Source: a virus
Taxonomy: Duplodnaviria; Caudoviricetes
DNA length: 49,012 nucleotides
Strand: one strand, 5' to 3'
Virus record (IMG/VR): IMGVR_UViG_3300046061_000046
Coordinates: 1-49,012 of that record
In this document: positions 26,740 to 36,726 of the stretch, piece by piece
How positions within the stretch are numbered: position 1 is the stretch's first letter
Layout of the letters: every line of letters starts with the position of its first letter
Made by a program: the position numbers and the translations under genes
The notes under the pieces: model-generated
What the model was told of the DNA's origin: nothing
Database searches by the model: none
What the model saw: the letters and a program-made list of their open reading frames with translations, nothing else

Positions 26740-26910
26740 TCAGTCCGTGTGGATCATCGCCAGACCGACGCGGCCGGACTTCTCGTAGGCCTTCGTGACG
26801 TGGTCGAGCGAGGTCGCCCCGCTGTTGTCGTTGAGCCACTGCTGGATGGCCGACTCGGCGCCGCTCTTGTTCGGGTTGAACTCGACGACGTCAACGTCAT
26901 CAGATACCAT
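26740..26910 (-). CDS. 56-aa protein, not in ORF track
   Basis: MVSDDVDVVEFNPNKSGAESAIQQWLNDN...; GAGGTGA SD; fills the gap. Confidence 0.7.
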   Translation of the reverse strand: MVSDDVDVVEFNPNKSGAESAIQQWLNDNSGATSLDHVTKAYEKSGRVGLAMIHTD

Positions 26911-26921
26911 CTGTGATCACC

Positions 26922-27203
26922 TCAGCGGCGACCTTCCAGGCGGAGCGTGATGCTTCCAACGTCGGTGCCCGCGCCCGCGTCCGTGCCGTCGGACACGCTG
27001 ACAACGAGCACCTGGTCGTTCTGGTCGTCGACCTTCGCCAGGTAGGACTTGTTGTCGTGTCCGACGACGGTCGCGTTGTCGACCACGTCGATCTCCGAGT
27101 CGTCGGTCCACGTCGAGAGCGGCTCGTTGTCGGCGTTCGTGAGGCCGGTGATTTCCTTCGTGACCCCTTCGACCTTCCGTGCGCCGAGGTTCTCCGATGC
27201 CAT
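26922..27203 (-). CDS. Small virion/decoration protein candidate
   Basis: 93 aa, beta-rich, two genes after MCP. Confidence 0.65.
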   Translation of the reverse strand: MASENLGARKVEGVTKEITGLTNADNEPLSTWTDDSEIDVVDNATVVGHDNKSYLAKVDDQNDQVLVVSVSDGTDAGAGTDVGSITLRLEGRR

Positions 27204-27856
27204 CAGTCGTCACCCTCCTCGTCGGTGCTGGCCCCCTCAAGGGCGGCGTGCACCTCGTTGTTGTCCTGCTTGGCGAGGAACTCAGCCATCTCGGTCACTT
27301 CGGCGCCGCGAAGGCCGAATTCGTCGGTGTCCTCTCGGACCTCCTTGACGACAGCCTTCAGCTCGTCGCGGCCGTACTCGCTGACGAGGGTGGCGGCACG
27401 GCCGTCATCGCCGCCCTCGTCGGCGTCCTCCTCGTCGACGCCAACGATGTCTCGCAGCTGGTTGGGGATGCGGCCACCGTCGACGGGATCCTCCAGGCCG
27501 AGCGCCTCGTAGACACGGTCGCGGAGCTCCGGGTCGGCGCCGCGCCCAAAGACGTTGTCGGGGAGGCGATCCTTGGAGAGGAGCGCCTCCGCGAACCGCT
27601 CGCGGTCGTCGGCGTAGACGATGTCGAGGTCGTCACGGTTCTCGAGGTAGGCCAGCCCCTCGTCCGGGACCAGCGCGAAGTACCAGATACCCGCGTTGAG
27701 CGGTGCTGTGCCGGGCCAGCGGCCCTGCGAGGCGAGCGCTCCCCGGGTGGCGACGCTGCTGTGCTGGCCGGTGTAGCGGAGTGCGATGAGCTCCAGGCCA
27801 CGGATCTCGCCGGCCGCCTCCTGTTCGAGGTTCTGCTTGAGTGCGATGACACCCAT
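27203..27856 (-). CDS. Hypothetical protein with C-terminal helix-extension-helix-like region
   Basis: 217 aa after MCP; YGRDELKAVVKE...EMAEFL. Confidence 0.7.
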   Translation of the reverse strand: MGVIALKQNLEQEAAGEIRGLELIALRYTGQHSSVATRGALASQGRWPGTAPLNAGIWYFALVPDEGLAYLENRDDLDIVYADDRERFAEALLSKDRLPDNVFGRGADPELRDRVYEALGLEDPVDGGRIPNQLRDIVGVDEEDADEGGDDGRAATLVSEYGRDELKAVVKEVREDTDEFGLRGAEVTEMAEFLAKQDNNEVHAALEGASTDEEGDD

Positions 27857-27859
27857 GAT

Positions 27860-29125
27860 TTATTCCTCTATATCTCTGAGCTTGCCCATGGCCGAGAAAT
27901 CGCGGACGACGAGTTCGTGGTACATCGCGAACAGCGCCTCGTTCTTGAAGTCGCCAGTCGCGAGCGGGTTAACCGGCGCATCGACGCCCGCGCGCCAGAC
28001 GTCCGGCGTGCGGTAGTTCTCGATGGAGATCTTGGGTCGGGCCTCGCCGTCGTTGCCGACCTGGGCGAGCGACGGGTCCATCGCGTAGATGCGACCCAGG
28101 CTGTCGCTCGGGACCGTCTCGGCGACGATGATCGGGTGACCGTCCCAGTGGCTGATCTGAGCGTTGAAGTTCGCACCCAGGCGGCTCTCGGCGTCGTTGA
28201 CGTCCTCGCGGGTGGCCTCCCGCAGCGCGTCGGCGCGGAACTGTGAGTCGCGCAGGTCCGACATGACGCGGGCCGAATCGTAGCCGGTGACGAGGAAGAA
28301 GTTGCCCCGCTCGGCCGAGCCATTCTGGACGTAGTTGTCGATCCACGTGTTGATGCGGTCGGCGTTGAGCTGCCGCAGCGTGCCGTTGTTGTGGTCGACG
28401 TAGGCGTCGGCCCAGTTGGCCTCGTTGTCGCCGCCGGCGCCGGTCGCCGAGCGGTCGATGTCGTAGACGTCCAGGTCGCCGTTGCTGAAGGCGTCGCCGT
28501 TGGCGTCCTGGCCGTTGGTCTCCTCGTCTTCGGAGGCGACCGCCCGGTCGATGGTCAGGAGCAGGTCGTCGCTCCCGTACTGCGGGGTATCACCGGCGGT
28601 GCCGCCGGTGGCGTTGACGGTGCGAGCGAGCGCGTCGCGCTCAACCGACCGCACCATGTAGTCCCGCATGATGTCGACGAGTTCCTCAAGCCCGACGGTG
28701 TCGTGGCCGAGGCGGCTCTCGATGTCCACGATGACGTCGCTCTCGATGGCCATCGAGGAGATCCGCACGTCGGCGGACACCTTCCGGATGTCGGCCGTGA
28801 CGGCCGTCGGGACCGAGCCACCGCCCGAGACACCCGAGACGCTGGGCGGGTTGAAGATCGCGCGGTAGGTCTTCGCCGGCGTCTCGCCGGGGTTGATGTT
28901 CTCCTCCCCGGTGCGATCAACTTCCGGGATCGCGCCGATGATGTTGTTCTTCATGTTGACCTGGTTGTAGAAAACCAGGCCGGCGATGTCGTTCACCAGG
29001 TCCGTCGTGCTGGTGCCGAACGTGGCCTGCTGTTCGAGGTTGTCGAACAGGTCAGACCACATTCCGCGAGCCGTCGCGCCGGGAGTGAACTGCTGGTGGT
29101 ACAGATGCTGCGTGTGGGGATGCAA
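27860..29125 (-). CDS. Major capsid protein, HK97 fold
   Basis: Follows protease/scaffold; WDGHPII..E.VP, YHELVVRDFSAMGKLRDI; TTG start after GGAGGTGA. Confidence 0.9.
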   Translation of the reverse strand: MHPHTQHLYHQQFTPGATARGMWSDLFDNLEQQATFGTSTTDLVNDIAGLVFYNQVNMKNNIIGAIPEVDRTGEENINPGETPAKTYRAIFNPPSVSGVSGGGSVPTAVTADIRKVSADVRISSMAIESDVIVDIESRLGHDTVGLEELVDIMRDYMVRSVERDALARTVNATGGTAGDTPQYGSDDLLLTIDRAVASEDEETNGQDANGDAFSNGDLDVYDIDRSATGAGGDNEANWADAYVDHNNGTLRQLNADRINTWIDNYVQNGSAERGNFFLVTGYDSARVMSDLRDSQFRADALREATREDVNDAESRLGANFNAQISHWDGHPIIVAETVPSDSLGRIYAMDPSLAQVGNDGEARPKISIENYRTPDVWRAGVDAPVNPLATGDFKNEALFAMYHELVVRDFSAMGKLRDIEE

Positions 29126-29127
29126 GA

Positions 29128-30696
29128 TTAGTCACCTCCGTTGCCGCTGCCGAAGGTCATGGACTCGACGACGCCCTCGACCTCCTCCTTGACGTCCGAT
29201 TCTGCCGTGACGCTGCCGCCCGCCGGATCCGCCGTCTCGGCGGCCTCCATCTGCTGGGCGACGTTCTCGGCGACCGTCTCGCCGACGCCCTCGACCGCGG
29301 ACTCCAGCTGCTGGGAGAGCTGCGACAGGCGCTCGTCGAACTCCTCCTGCGTGACGTAGTCCGCCTCGGACTCGCCGCCCTCGTTGGACTCCGTCTCGAG
29401 GTCGCTGAGGTGCTCGTCGACGGCGTCGCCGACAGCATCACCGACCTCCTGCTGGACGAGGTCGCGGACGTCGTCCTCGTCAAGCGTCGACTGCTCGTCG
29501 TGGCCCGGATCAGTATCCTCGCCGGGCTCGTCGTCCTCAGGATCCTCGTCCTCGCCCTCGTCGTCGGCTTCCTGCGCCGCTTCGAGTTCGTTGAGGAGCG
29601 AGTGGACCTCTTCCTTGTCCATACCGAGCTCGTCGGCGACCTCGGCAGCGAGATCGTCGCGGTCCATCTCCTCTTGGTTGAGGCGGGAGTGGATGGACTC
29701 AAGACGCTCCTCGGCCTGCTCCGCAATGTGCTCGGCATCTCCGTCGTCGCCGACCACTTCCGCGGCCGCCTCGTCAAGCGGTTGTTCGCTCTGCTGTGCT
29801 ACCTGGATCGTTTCGCCAACCAGCCCCTGCTTGGACTGGCTGAACAGGTGGTTGAAAATATCCACTGTAAGTCGACCTCCGATTGCGTCTCGAAGGTTTG
29901 TAGTCCCGGAGCTGGAGTCCTCAGCCGTCACGGCCGCACCGCCCGTGGGAGTCGTACCGGCATCATCGGCCCCCAGCAGACCGCCAGTAGCGGTCCCATG
30001 TCCGAATCGGGCCTGAAACTCGGCAACGCCGAAGTGTGAGCCCTTGTTCTTTATCATCTCGTCTTCGCCGATGGTCACCGCCAGAAAGTCGACCTCCTGG
30101 GCGACCTTGCCCTTCTCGACGCGGTCGTACTCCCGGGTGTAGATCGTCACCGAGAAGCCGTCAAGGTGGCCGTAGTACGACGAGAGGCGCGTCTCCTCCG
30201 ACAGAACCGATCCCTTGACGTTGTTTTTCCCGTAGACGTTCGCGACGAGCCACAGCGCGTCCTCGTCAGCGGTGCCGTTGTCCCCGGGGAGCGACTCACC
30301 CTCGCGGATGACCTGGGTACGAAGCGTGTCGCCGGCGTCGAAGCGCAGCGTCTCGTCGTCGTCCAGATGGAGGGTCGTCGCCTCGTCGAGCGTGTGCTCT
30401 TCTCGAAACTCGCCGACCTTCGTATCGTCGTGTCGCCGCGAGAGGTTGTCCAGCGCCAGCAGCTGGTCAAGCCGCCCCTCAAGGGCATCCATCTCGATGT
30501 AAAGATGCTCCTCGCCAGGAGCGGGGTCGTTCCACTGCTCGATCGACGCCCGGCCAAAGATGATGAACTCGTTTGCCGTGACGACCTCGCGCTCTTCCTG
30601 CGTGAGGTTCCCCACGTCGAACTCGGTGTCCGTCCGGACAGGGCCGTGGCTGATCGGGCTGAACGAGCCGCTCGCGGCTGTCGTCGTCGTGCTCAT
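29128..30696 (-). CDS. Prohead protease fused to acidic scaffold
   Basis: IIFGRAS, RRHDDTKVG (His), LDGFSV (Ser); long acidic coiled C-terminus. Confidence 0.85.
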   Translation of the reverse strand: MSTTTTAASGSFSPISHGPVRTDTEFDVGNLTQEEREVVTANEFIIFGRASIEQWNDPAPGEEHLYIEMDALEGRLDQLLALDNLSRRHDDTKVGEFREEHTLDEATTLHLDDDETLRFDAGDTLRTQVIREGESLPGDNGTADEDALWLVANVYGKNNVKGSVLSEETRLSSYYGHLDGFSVTIYTREYDRVEKGKVAQEVDFLAVTIGEDEMIKNKGSHFGVAEFQARFGHGTATGGLLGADDAGTTPTGGAAVTAEDSSSGTTNLRDAIGGRLTVDIFNHLFSQSKQGLVGETIQVAQQSEQPLDEAAAEVVGDDGDAEHIAEQAEERLESIHSRLNQEEMDRDDLAAEVADELGMDKEEVHSLLNELEAAQEADDEGEDEDPEDDEPGEDTDPGHDEQSTLDEDDVRDLVQQEVGDAVGDAVDEHLSDLETESNEGGESEADYVTQEEFDERLSQLSQQLESAVEGVGETVAENVAQQMEAAETADPAGGSVTAESDVKEEVEGVVESMTFGSGNGGD

Positions 30697-30729
30697 AAGG
30701 TCCAACTCCGCAGAATTGTACTGGCGTCG

Positions 30730-31407
30730 CTACTCGGCCTCGGCGGCAGTGTCGGTAGGGGCCGCAGGGTCCTCCCCATCAACAACTGTCACGTCCGCGT
30801 TGTACCGCCGCTTGATGTCGGTGATCGCCTCCTGTGAGAGACTACTGACAGTAACGGCCTGCTGGTCTGTCTCCTCGCTAGCTACGGCTTCGACCGTCTC
30901 CAAGTGCTCGACCGTGCCGCCGGTCGCCTGCTCAAGGTCATCGACGGACCCGTAGTCGCTGACGTGGGGCTCTTTGAGTTGCTCGTCGTCCGGCCAGGCG
31001 TCAATGCGCCAGTCTACGTAAACGCCGGCGTTTGGGAAGTTCACCCCGACACCCATGACGTCGCCGTCGAGGTCCATCTCGCTGTCTTCCGACTGGACGA
31101 TGCGGAAGATGTCGGCAGCGAACTCGCCTGCCTGCTGGTCTGCACCCGGAATAGCGCTAGGGTCGTAGACGACGAGTTGTTCGTCCTCGTGCCACCAGAC
31201 GCCGTCGGCACCGGCCCAGTCGGACTCGGCGACGAGGTCGTTCATGTCGGCCGCCTGGATGCCGGTGAGGTCGTCCAGCGTGTTGACCTCGATCTCCCCG
31301 GCATCGGCCTGCATTTCGGCTTGGCAGATTGCCCAGGCGCGCGACTCCTCCATCTCGGGATTGTCGTCAAGCACGCTCTTGACGCAATCGTGGACTTTCT
31401 CGGGCAT
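30730..31407 (-). CDS. Head-associated hypothetical protein
   Basis: MPEKVHDCV...ESRAWAIC N-terminus; between portal and protease. Confidence 0.75.
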   Translation of the reverse strand: MPEKVHDCVKSVLDDNPEMEESRAWAICQAEMQADAGEIEVNTLDDLTGIQAADMNDLVAESDWAGADGVWWHEDEQLVVYDPSAIPGADQQAGEFAADIFRIVQSEDSEMDLDGDVMGVGVNFPNAGVYVDWRIDAWPDDEQLKEPHVSDYGSVDDLEQATGGTVEHLETVEAVASEETDQQAVTVSSLSQEAITDIKRRYNADVTVVDGEDPAAPTDTAAEAE

Positions 31408-31418
31408 GAGTGACTCCG

Positions 31419-33743
31419 TCAGTTCGGCCGGTCGTAGTGCTCAACGTAGGTGTCGCGCTCGTTCCAGTGGACCGACCACTCGGCGCCACCGAACTCGGGG
31501 TAGTGCTCCTCGCGCTTCTGCGCGACGAGTTCCTTCAGCTCGTCAAGCGGCCGCGGTGTCCCGCCAAACCGGGGGTTCGTCTCCCGGAGGAGCTCCCAGC
31601 AGGCGTCCGTCTTGTCGTCATCGGCCGGCCCGACCCACTTAAACAGCCGGTCGTCCGTGTCGCCCTGCTGCCGGTAGCCGACCTCCCGGGCCTCGTTCAG
31701 CACGTTCGTCAGCTGTGTCTCAAGTGTCGACCGCGCCTGCTCCTCTGTGAGCTCGAACCGCTCTGCGAAGTCCTGAATGAGCGACCGTCGCGACCAGCCT
31801 TGGGGCTGGTCCAACTTCTTCTGGAAGAAGTTCTTCACGGCGCCGCCCGTGACGTTCGGCGCCTCGTACTCGCCCCGGTAGATGGCGGCGTTGTCTAGCG
31901 CCTGCTGGATCAGCTCTTTGACGAACTGCGGCATGTCGCCCGAGTCTAGCCACGACTCTTGGCGGGCCTGCTGCTCTAAGCCGACCGCGTCGGCGCCGCC
32001 CCAGACGAGATCGCGCTGCATGCCCTCGAGGTGGCGTATCGCCTCGTTGACGGGCGTCCCGGCGTTAATGTTCTGTTCCGGGTTCGGGATCGTCTCGTCG
32101 ATATCGAGCGGGGCATCCTCGCCCGGCCCGTCGCCGTTGTCGCCGGCGCCGTCGCCTGCCTCGGGCGCAGGCTCGGGGTCGATGACACCGTCCGTGTCTT
32201 GCAACTCGAAGCGGCCGTCCTCGATGGAGTAGGCCAAGCCGTTCTGCTCGGCGAGCGCGGTCGCCCGGACCGTCTCGATGACCGGCGGTTCCTCTTCGGG
32301 GCCTTCTGGCGGGACGAAGGAGATCGCCCAGTCGTCGAAACCGAGCGAGTCCATCAGCTTTCGCAGCGGGCCCTCCATCAGGTCCTGATGGATGGTCGCC
32401 TTGTCGCGATCGTTGATAGTCAGTTGCAGGCCCTCGTTGTTGAGGCCGCCCGCGTCCTTGAGCTCCGAGTCCTGCGCGTCGACCAGGCCGTAGCGCGACC
32501 GGATGTCGGATTTGAAGTCCTGCTTCAGCTGGTCTGACTGCCCGAGGATCTCGTCGCTCATCAGGTCCAGGACCTGAGCCGTGTCCGACGACGAATCCGC
32601 GCCCGGCGGCACCTCGTTGTAGAGGAAGCCCTGCGAGTACGGGTCTTCATCCTGCTCGTCTTTGGCCTGCGCGAGTTGCTTTTCGACAGCCTGCTTGTTC
32701 GACGTGTGCAGGATGACCATCCGCCCCGGGTAGCGGTTGGTGTTCTGCTGGTCGTAGTACCCGCCCGCGTACAGGTCCATCCAGTGCAGGATGGCCTGCT
32801 TCAGCCAGAGCGTGTCGAGCGGGCTGAGGCCGTCCTTGCCGGCGAGGCGCGGCTCGAACGGAGCGTAGTCGATGACCTCGTCCTCGAAGAAGACCTTGAC
32901 CGGCTTGTCGTCACCGACCTGCTCGACCTCGGCGTAGTGTACCTCGCGACGGTCGACCCCGTGTTCCTCGCAGACCCCCGGCTCGCGGGCCATCCTGTCC
33001 GTACGGTCCTCGCAGACCGGGCACGCCCACCACCAGTTGCCGATGCGGCCGTTTTCGTCGACGACCGGCTTGATGCGCTTGGGGTCGCCCCGGACGAGTT
33101 CGAGCGGCTGTTCGTAGACTTCACCGCGCTCAATGACCGTCTCGCCGCCGATCTCGATGGTGGGCTTGTCCCAGTACGTGTAGGACTTCTTGACGATGTG
33201 GAGCCAGGTGCCGAGACGGCCGCCGTCGCGAGCGAGGAACTTGTAGAGCTGGCGTAGCGACTGCCCCTCGCGGTTGACGCTCTTGAAGAACTGATCGGCG
33301 CGTGTCCGCTGTTTCGGCGACGGCTCGCGGAGGTCGGTCGACCCACAGAACTCGCAGACATCAGCCTCCTCGTCGAACTCAGCCCCGCACTCCTCACACT
33401 GCCGGACGAACCGGGGAGAAAGCAGTGGAAACTTGTTGCGGTAGAGTTCGCCGGCCCGCTTCGCGTTGGCCTTTGAGATCTCCATGCCGTGGAGCCCGAC
33501 CGCCTCGAGGGCGACCGGACCCAGTGATGTCATGTACCCGTTGGCCCGGGCGATGACGCCGCCCTCTTCCTCCTTACCGGAGACGGGGTCTTCCGTCGTT
33601 GAGTCTGGCTCGGGATCCGTGCGGGCGTTCAGTCCCAAAAGCGCCGACTGCTGGGCGAGGTCCTCGTTGTACGGGAGGACGTAGAAGGCGCCATCACCGT
33701 CCGGGTCATCCACCTTGAGGCCGGGAGACTGCGCTTGTGCCAT
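31419..33743 (-). CDS. Portal protein fused to MuF/SPP1 gp7-like minor head domain
   Basis: Follows TerL; DGLSPL, YP..MV, GGLNNEGLQ; C-terminal KWVGPADDDKTDAC...HWNER; two zinc-ribbon insertions. Confidence 0.87.
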   Translation of the reverse strand: MAQAQSPGLKVDDPDGDGAFYVLPYNEDLAQQSALLGLNARTDPEPDSTTEDPVSGKEEEGGVIARANGYMTSLGPVALEAVGLHGMEISKANAKRAGELYRNKFPLLSPRFVRQCEECGAEFDEEADVCEFCGSTDLREPSPKQRTRADQFFKSVNREGQSLRQLYKFLARDGGRLGTWLHIVKKSYTYWDKPTIEIGGETVIERGEVYEQPLELVRGDPKRIKPVVDENGRIGNWWWACPVCEDRTDRMAREPGVCEEHGVDRREVHYAEVEQVGDDKPVKVFFEDEVIDYAPFEPRLAGKDGLSPLDTLWLKQAILHWMDLYAGGYYDQQNTNRYPGRMVILHTSNKQAVEKQLAQAKDEQDEDPYSQGFLYNEVPPGADSSSDTAQVLDLMSDEILGQSDQLKQDFKSDIRSRYGLVDAQDSELKDAGGLNNEGLQLTINDRDKATIHQDLMEGPLRKLMDSLGFDDWAISFVPPEGPEEEPPVIETVRATALAEQNGLAYSIEDGRFELQDTDGVIDPEPAPEAGDGAGDNGDGPGEDAPLDIDETIPNPEQNINAGTPVNEAIRHLEGMQRDLVWGGADAVGLEQQARQESWLDSGDMPQFVKELIQQALDNAAIYRGEYEAPNVTGGAVKNFFQKKLDQPQGWSRRSLIQDFAERFELTEEQARSTLETQLTNVLNEAREVGYRQQGDTDDRLFKWVGPADDDKTDACWELLRETNPRFGGTPRPLDELKELVAQKREEHYPEFGGAEWSVHWNERDTYVEHYDRPN

Positions 33744-33746
33744 GGA

Positions 33747-35351
33747 TCAGAATACCTCGCTCAGGTCGTGCTCTGACTCCGTCAGACCGCCAGTCGTACC
33801 GTCGCGGATACCGCGCTCGGCCATGTACCAGGCGGCGACGAGGTCCGGGGTGTGGCCCGAAAGCTTGCCGTCCTTGAGTTCGAGCGACAGCGCTGCTTGG
33901 ATGAACTCCTCAGTCGCGTCGTGGCCGCGGTAGAAGTGGATCCCACCGTTTTCGACGAGCGTCCGGAGTCGCGGGATGCCGTTCTCCCAGCTGTGTTTCC
34001 GGCTCGACGTCGACATGCCGCGGACCTTCGACCGCATCTCGGCGTTCATCTCGAGGGCGTCGTTGACGATGTACTGCTGCATGCCGTTATCCTCAATGAC
34101 GATGAGCGCCGGGTCGTAGCGGTCGTTGTAGTCCGCGAGCTGGGCCTTGATAGCCGACGGCCGCATGCCCTTCTCGGCGTGCGCGTCGAGCAGCTTCCGG
34201 GTGCCGTCCTCAGCAACGTGGATGGAGACGAACGCCGCGTTGTCGCCCGTCGGGGACTGCGCTGGGTCGTGAGCGACGATGGTCTGCTCGCCACGCGCCG
34301 GCGTCAGGTGCCGGGGTGGGCGCTGGCCACGAATCGAACAGCCACCGTCGTCGACGAGCTGGTCGACGTCGGCCTTGTCGATGAGGTTGCCCGACGCACC
34401 TTGGATGACCATACAGAACTCCCGCCAGAACAGGTGCGGGCTCATCTGGCTGAACTTGTCAGCGAGGTACTCGCCGCCGCGAGCCTCCGGCCAGAGCACC
34501 TGGACCGTGTCGCCGCCCTGCGTGAGCGGGTTTTCGATCTCGGAGTAGAGGTGTTCGGCCGGCCGGCGGGCCTTCCAGGTGTCGTCCTCGCGGAACTCTT
34601 GGTCCCAGAGGTCTAGTATCGCCGGGTACTCCGTGAAGTCGTACGCGTCACGTTCGGCGATGTGGCTGTAGATGTCGTCCGGCCGCTTGCGCGTTCCGAT
34701 GATGACCGTCTTTCCCGAGTCCTTTACCATCGGGACCGTGACGCCTTCGATCCACGTGAGGACGTTCTGCGTGTCGCCGTCGCCGTGCTCCTTGATGACG
34801 TCGTCGAGGACGAGCAGGTGCGAGCGGTCGCCTTCGATGGCGCCGAAGAGCCAGCCGGCATGTAGGACCGACCCGTTCTGGAATCCCTTGACCTCTTTGG
34901 TGTCCTGGACGGGCTGGCTGTTGAGGCTCGTCAGCCAGGGATTGCGGTCGACGAGCTTCCAGAACTCGGTGTCGGCTTTCTTGTGGGCCTGCCCCTGGGT
35001 GTTGGTGATCCAGTGGGCGCGAAAGCCGTCGATGTACTCAAGGTGGGCGATGACGATGCCGAGCGTAAGCGTCGTCTTCAATGAGTCGCGGTGTGCGAGG
35101 ATGCCGATGTCCTTGTCTGAGGTGAAGCGGTCGACCCAGTCCAGATGGACGTCGGCGACGGGAATCCAGTCGTCGCGCTCGCCCTGCATGTAGCCGTAGG
35201 TGAGCTCGTTCAGGAACTGTTCCCACGGACAGCCCTCAAACGGGTTGAGGATCTCCCGGCGTCGCTCGGGCCTCTCAACGTCACGCCAGATCTGCTCGGC
35301 CTGCTGTTCGAGGTCTAACTCGGCGAGCGTGCTTTCCGGTCCAATGCTCAT
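33747..35351 (-). CDS. terL: Terminase large subunit
   Basis: AHRDSLKT Walker A variant, LLVLDD Walker B, IGTR, HDPA..GDNAA, HTPDLVAA. Confidence 0.92.
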   Translation of the reverse strand: MSIGPESTLAELDLEQQAEQIWRDVERPERRREILNPFEGCPWEQFLNELTYGYMQGERDDWIPVADVHLDWVDRFTSDKDIGILAHRDSLKTTLTLGIVIAHLEYIDGFRAHWITNTQGQAHKKADTEFWKLVDRNPWLTSLNSQPVQDTKEVKGFQNGSVLHAGWLFGAIEGDRSHLLVLDDVIKEHGDGDTQNVLTWIEGVTVPMVKDSGKTVIIGTRKRPDDIYSHIAERDAYDFTEYPAILDLWDQEFREDDTWKARRPAEHLYSEIENPLTQGGDTVQVLWPEARGGEYLADKFSQMSPHLFWREFCMVIQGASGNLIDKADVDQLVDDGGCSIRGQRPPRHLTPARGEQTIVAHDPAQSPTGDNAAFVSIHVAEDGTRKLLDAHAEKGMRPSAIKAQLADYNDRYDPALIVIEDNGMQQYIVNDALEMNAEMRSKVRGMSTSSRKHSWENGIPRLRTLVENGGIHFYRGHDATEEFIQAALSLELKDGKLSGHTPDLVAAWYMAERGIRDGTTGGLTESEHDLSEVF

Positions 35352-35944
35352 GCCTCATCAGCCTCCCGGCGCTGCCGGAGGACCTCGCGGGCGATCTCCT
35401 TCGTCCCCTCGTCGAGAGAGTGTTCCGTCTCGCTTTCGACCTGGGCGTCAACTTCGAGCTGTTCGGCCGGCGTCTCGATCACGCCGAACTCCTTGGCCCA
35501 CTGCCGGGCCTCCCGGAGGAAGCGGTCGTCTCCGGTCCGGAGGTACTTGATGTAGGCCTCCTTGACGACGTCTTCCGCGAACTGGTCGGCGTTCTTCTCG
35601 AGGTCGAGCGCGTCGAGCATCTCCTGCTCGCGCTCGGTCAGCGACTCCTCCCTGAGGTCCTCGAACTCCGAGTAACTGCCGTCGTCGTAGTTCGGGTTGG
35701 ATTTCCCCCACTGCTCGCCCGTGACCGGGTGCTTGCGGCAGGGCCCGACCTCGCGGTCCTTGCCCCAGCCGGCGCGCTGGAGGCAATAGTCGTAGTCGTC
35801 GCGCTCCCGACCGTGGTCGGTCGGCGTTGTCCGGTCGGACTTCGTCGCCCCGCAGATCCGATAGCCCTTCTCCGGATGGACTGGATGCCCCTGGTCGTCG
35901 CGGGGCGGCTCCTCCGAGATCTCGTAGTCCTCGTCGTTCGTCAT
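35348..35944 (-). CDS. terS: Terminase small subunit
   Basis: Directly upstream of TerL; CGA.K...C...AGWG...GPCRKH. Confidence 0.75.
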   Translation of the reverse strand: MTNDEDYEISEEPPRDDQGHPVHPEKGYRICGATKSDRTTPTDHGRERDDYDYCLQRAGWGKDREVGPCRKHPVTGEQWGKSNPNYDDGSYSEFEDLREESLTEREQEMLDALDLEKNADQFAEDVVKEAYIKYLRTGDDRFLREARQWAKEFGVIETPAEQLEVDAQVESETEHSLDEGTKEIAREVLRQRREADEA

Positions 35945-35980
35945 TGATGGGTCGCTCAGTTGGGCGGCGTCAGTGATGGG

Positions 35981-36262
35981 CTATCGCGGGGAGGTGCGCG
36001 GTCGGGACGGGCTGGAGCGGCGTGGGGCGGGCGGCTGACCAGGCGACTCGACATCGTCAGGGCGGTCGTGCTCGCCGGCGAAGTGACAGCGGGGACAGCG
36101 CTTCCGGAGATTCTCGGGGTTGCCGTTGCGTTTGTTCCCGTCGCGGTGATGGACGTGGTCACCGTCAGTCTGGTCAAACGAGCGACCGCAGCGCGGGCAG
36201 TAGTCACCGGCGCGCTGGTCCTGGACGCGTTGGCGGTGGCGCTCTCGTGGGTTGTCGGTCAT
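35981..36262 (-). CDS. HNH endonuclease (packaging-associated position)
   Basis: CPRCG...HVHHRDGNKRN.NPENL..RCPRCH...H. Confidence 0.88.
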   Translation of the reverse strand: MTDNPRERHRQRVQDQRAGDYCPRCGRSFDQTDGDHVHHRDGNKRNGNPENLRKRCPRCHFAGEHDRPDDVESPGQPPAPRRSSPSRPRTSPR

Positions 36263-36465
36263 GACGATGGTTCTTCGAGGAGGAGCCGGTGGACGCAGTC
36301 GCCACACAGCGTGACGAGGTCGCCGGCGTCGTAGCCGGCCTGTGCTAACTGACCGCCGATGCGGGTGGCCTTGTAGAACTGCTCGTTGAACTCGCCGGTC
36401 AGCGCAGGCCGTTCGTCGTGGACGTCGCCGTCGCACCAGCCGTCACACTCGTAGATGTATGGCAT
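36259..36465 (-). CDS. Zinc-binding microprotein
   Basis: CDGWC...LCGDC. Confidence 0.72.
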   Translation of the reverse strand: MPYIYECDGWCDGDVHDERPALTGEFNEQFYKATRIGGQLAQAGYDAGDLVTLCGDCVHRLLLEEPSS

Positions 36466-36480
36466 GAATGCAGTCTGTGT

Positions 36481-36726
36481 TCATCGGCCACGTACCGTGG
36501 TTTCGAGGGTGCGCTCGACGCGACGTTCGACTTCGGCGGCAATATCATCGATGTGGTCCTCAGTGAGAGGGTCGTCTTCATTCACCGATGCATTCACGTC
36601 GCGGTCCTTCGATTCTAGAGTGTCGGCACCCCGTTCGAGGATGTCCGTCCAGGACTCGTCGTCACGCTTGTGCTCGGCCCACCGCTCGTAGACCTCGCCG
36701 TCGACGCTGATTGTCTTCCGGTTCAT
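36481..36726 (-). CDS. Ribbon-helix-helix (VapB/DUF217-like) DNA-binding protein
   Basis: KTISVDGEVYERW..HKRDDESWTDILER. Confidence 0.8.
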   Translation of the reverse strand: MNRKTISVDGEVYERWAEHKRDDESWTDILERGADTLESKDRDVNASVNEDDPLTEDHIDDIAAEVERRVERTLETTVRGR

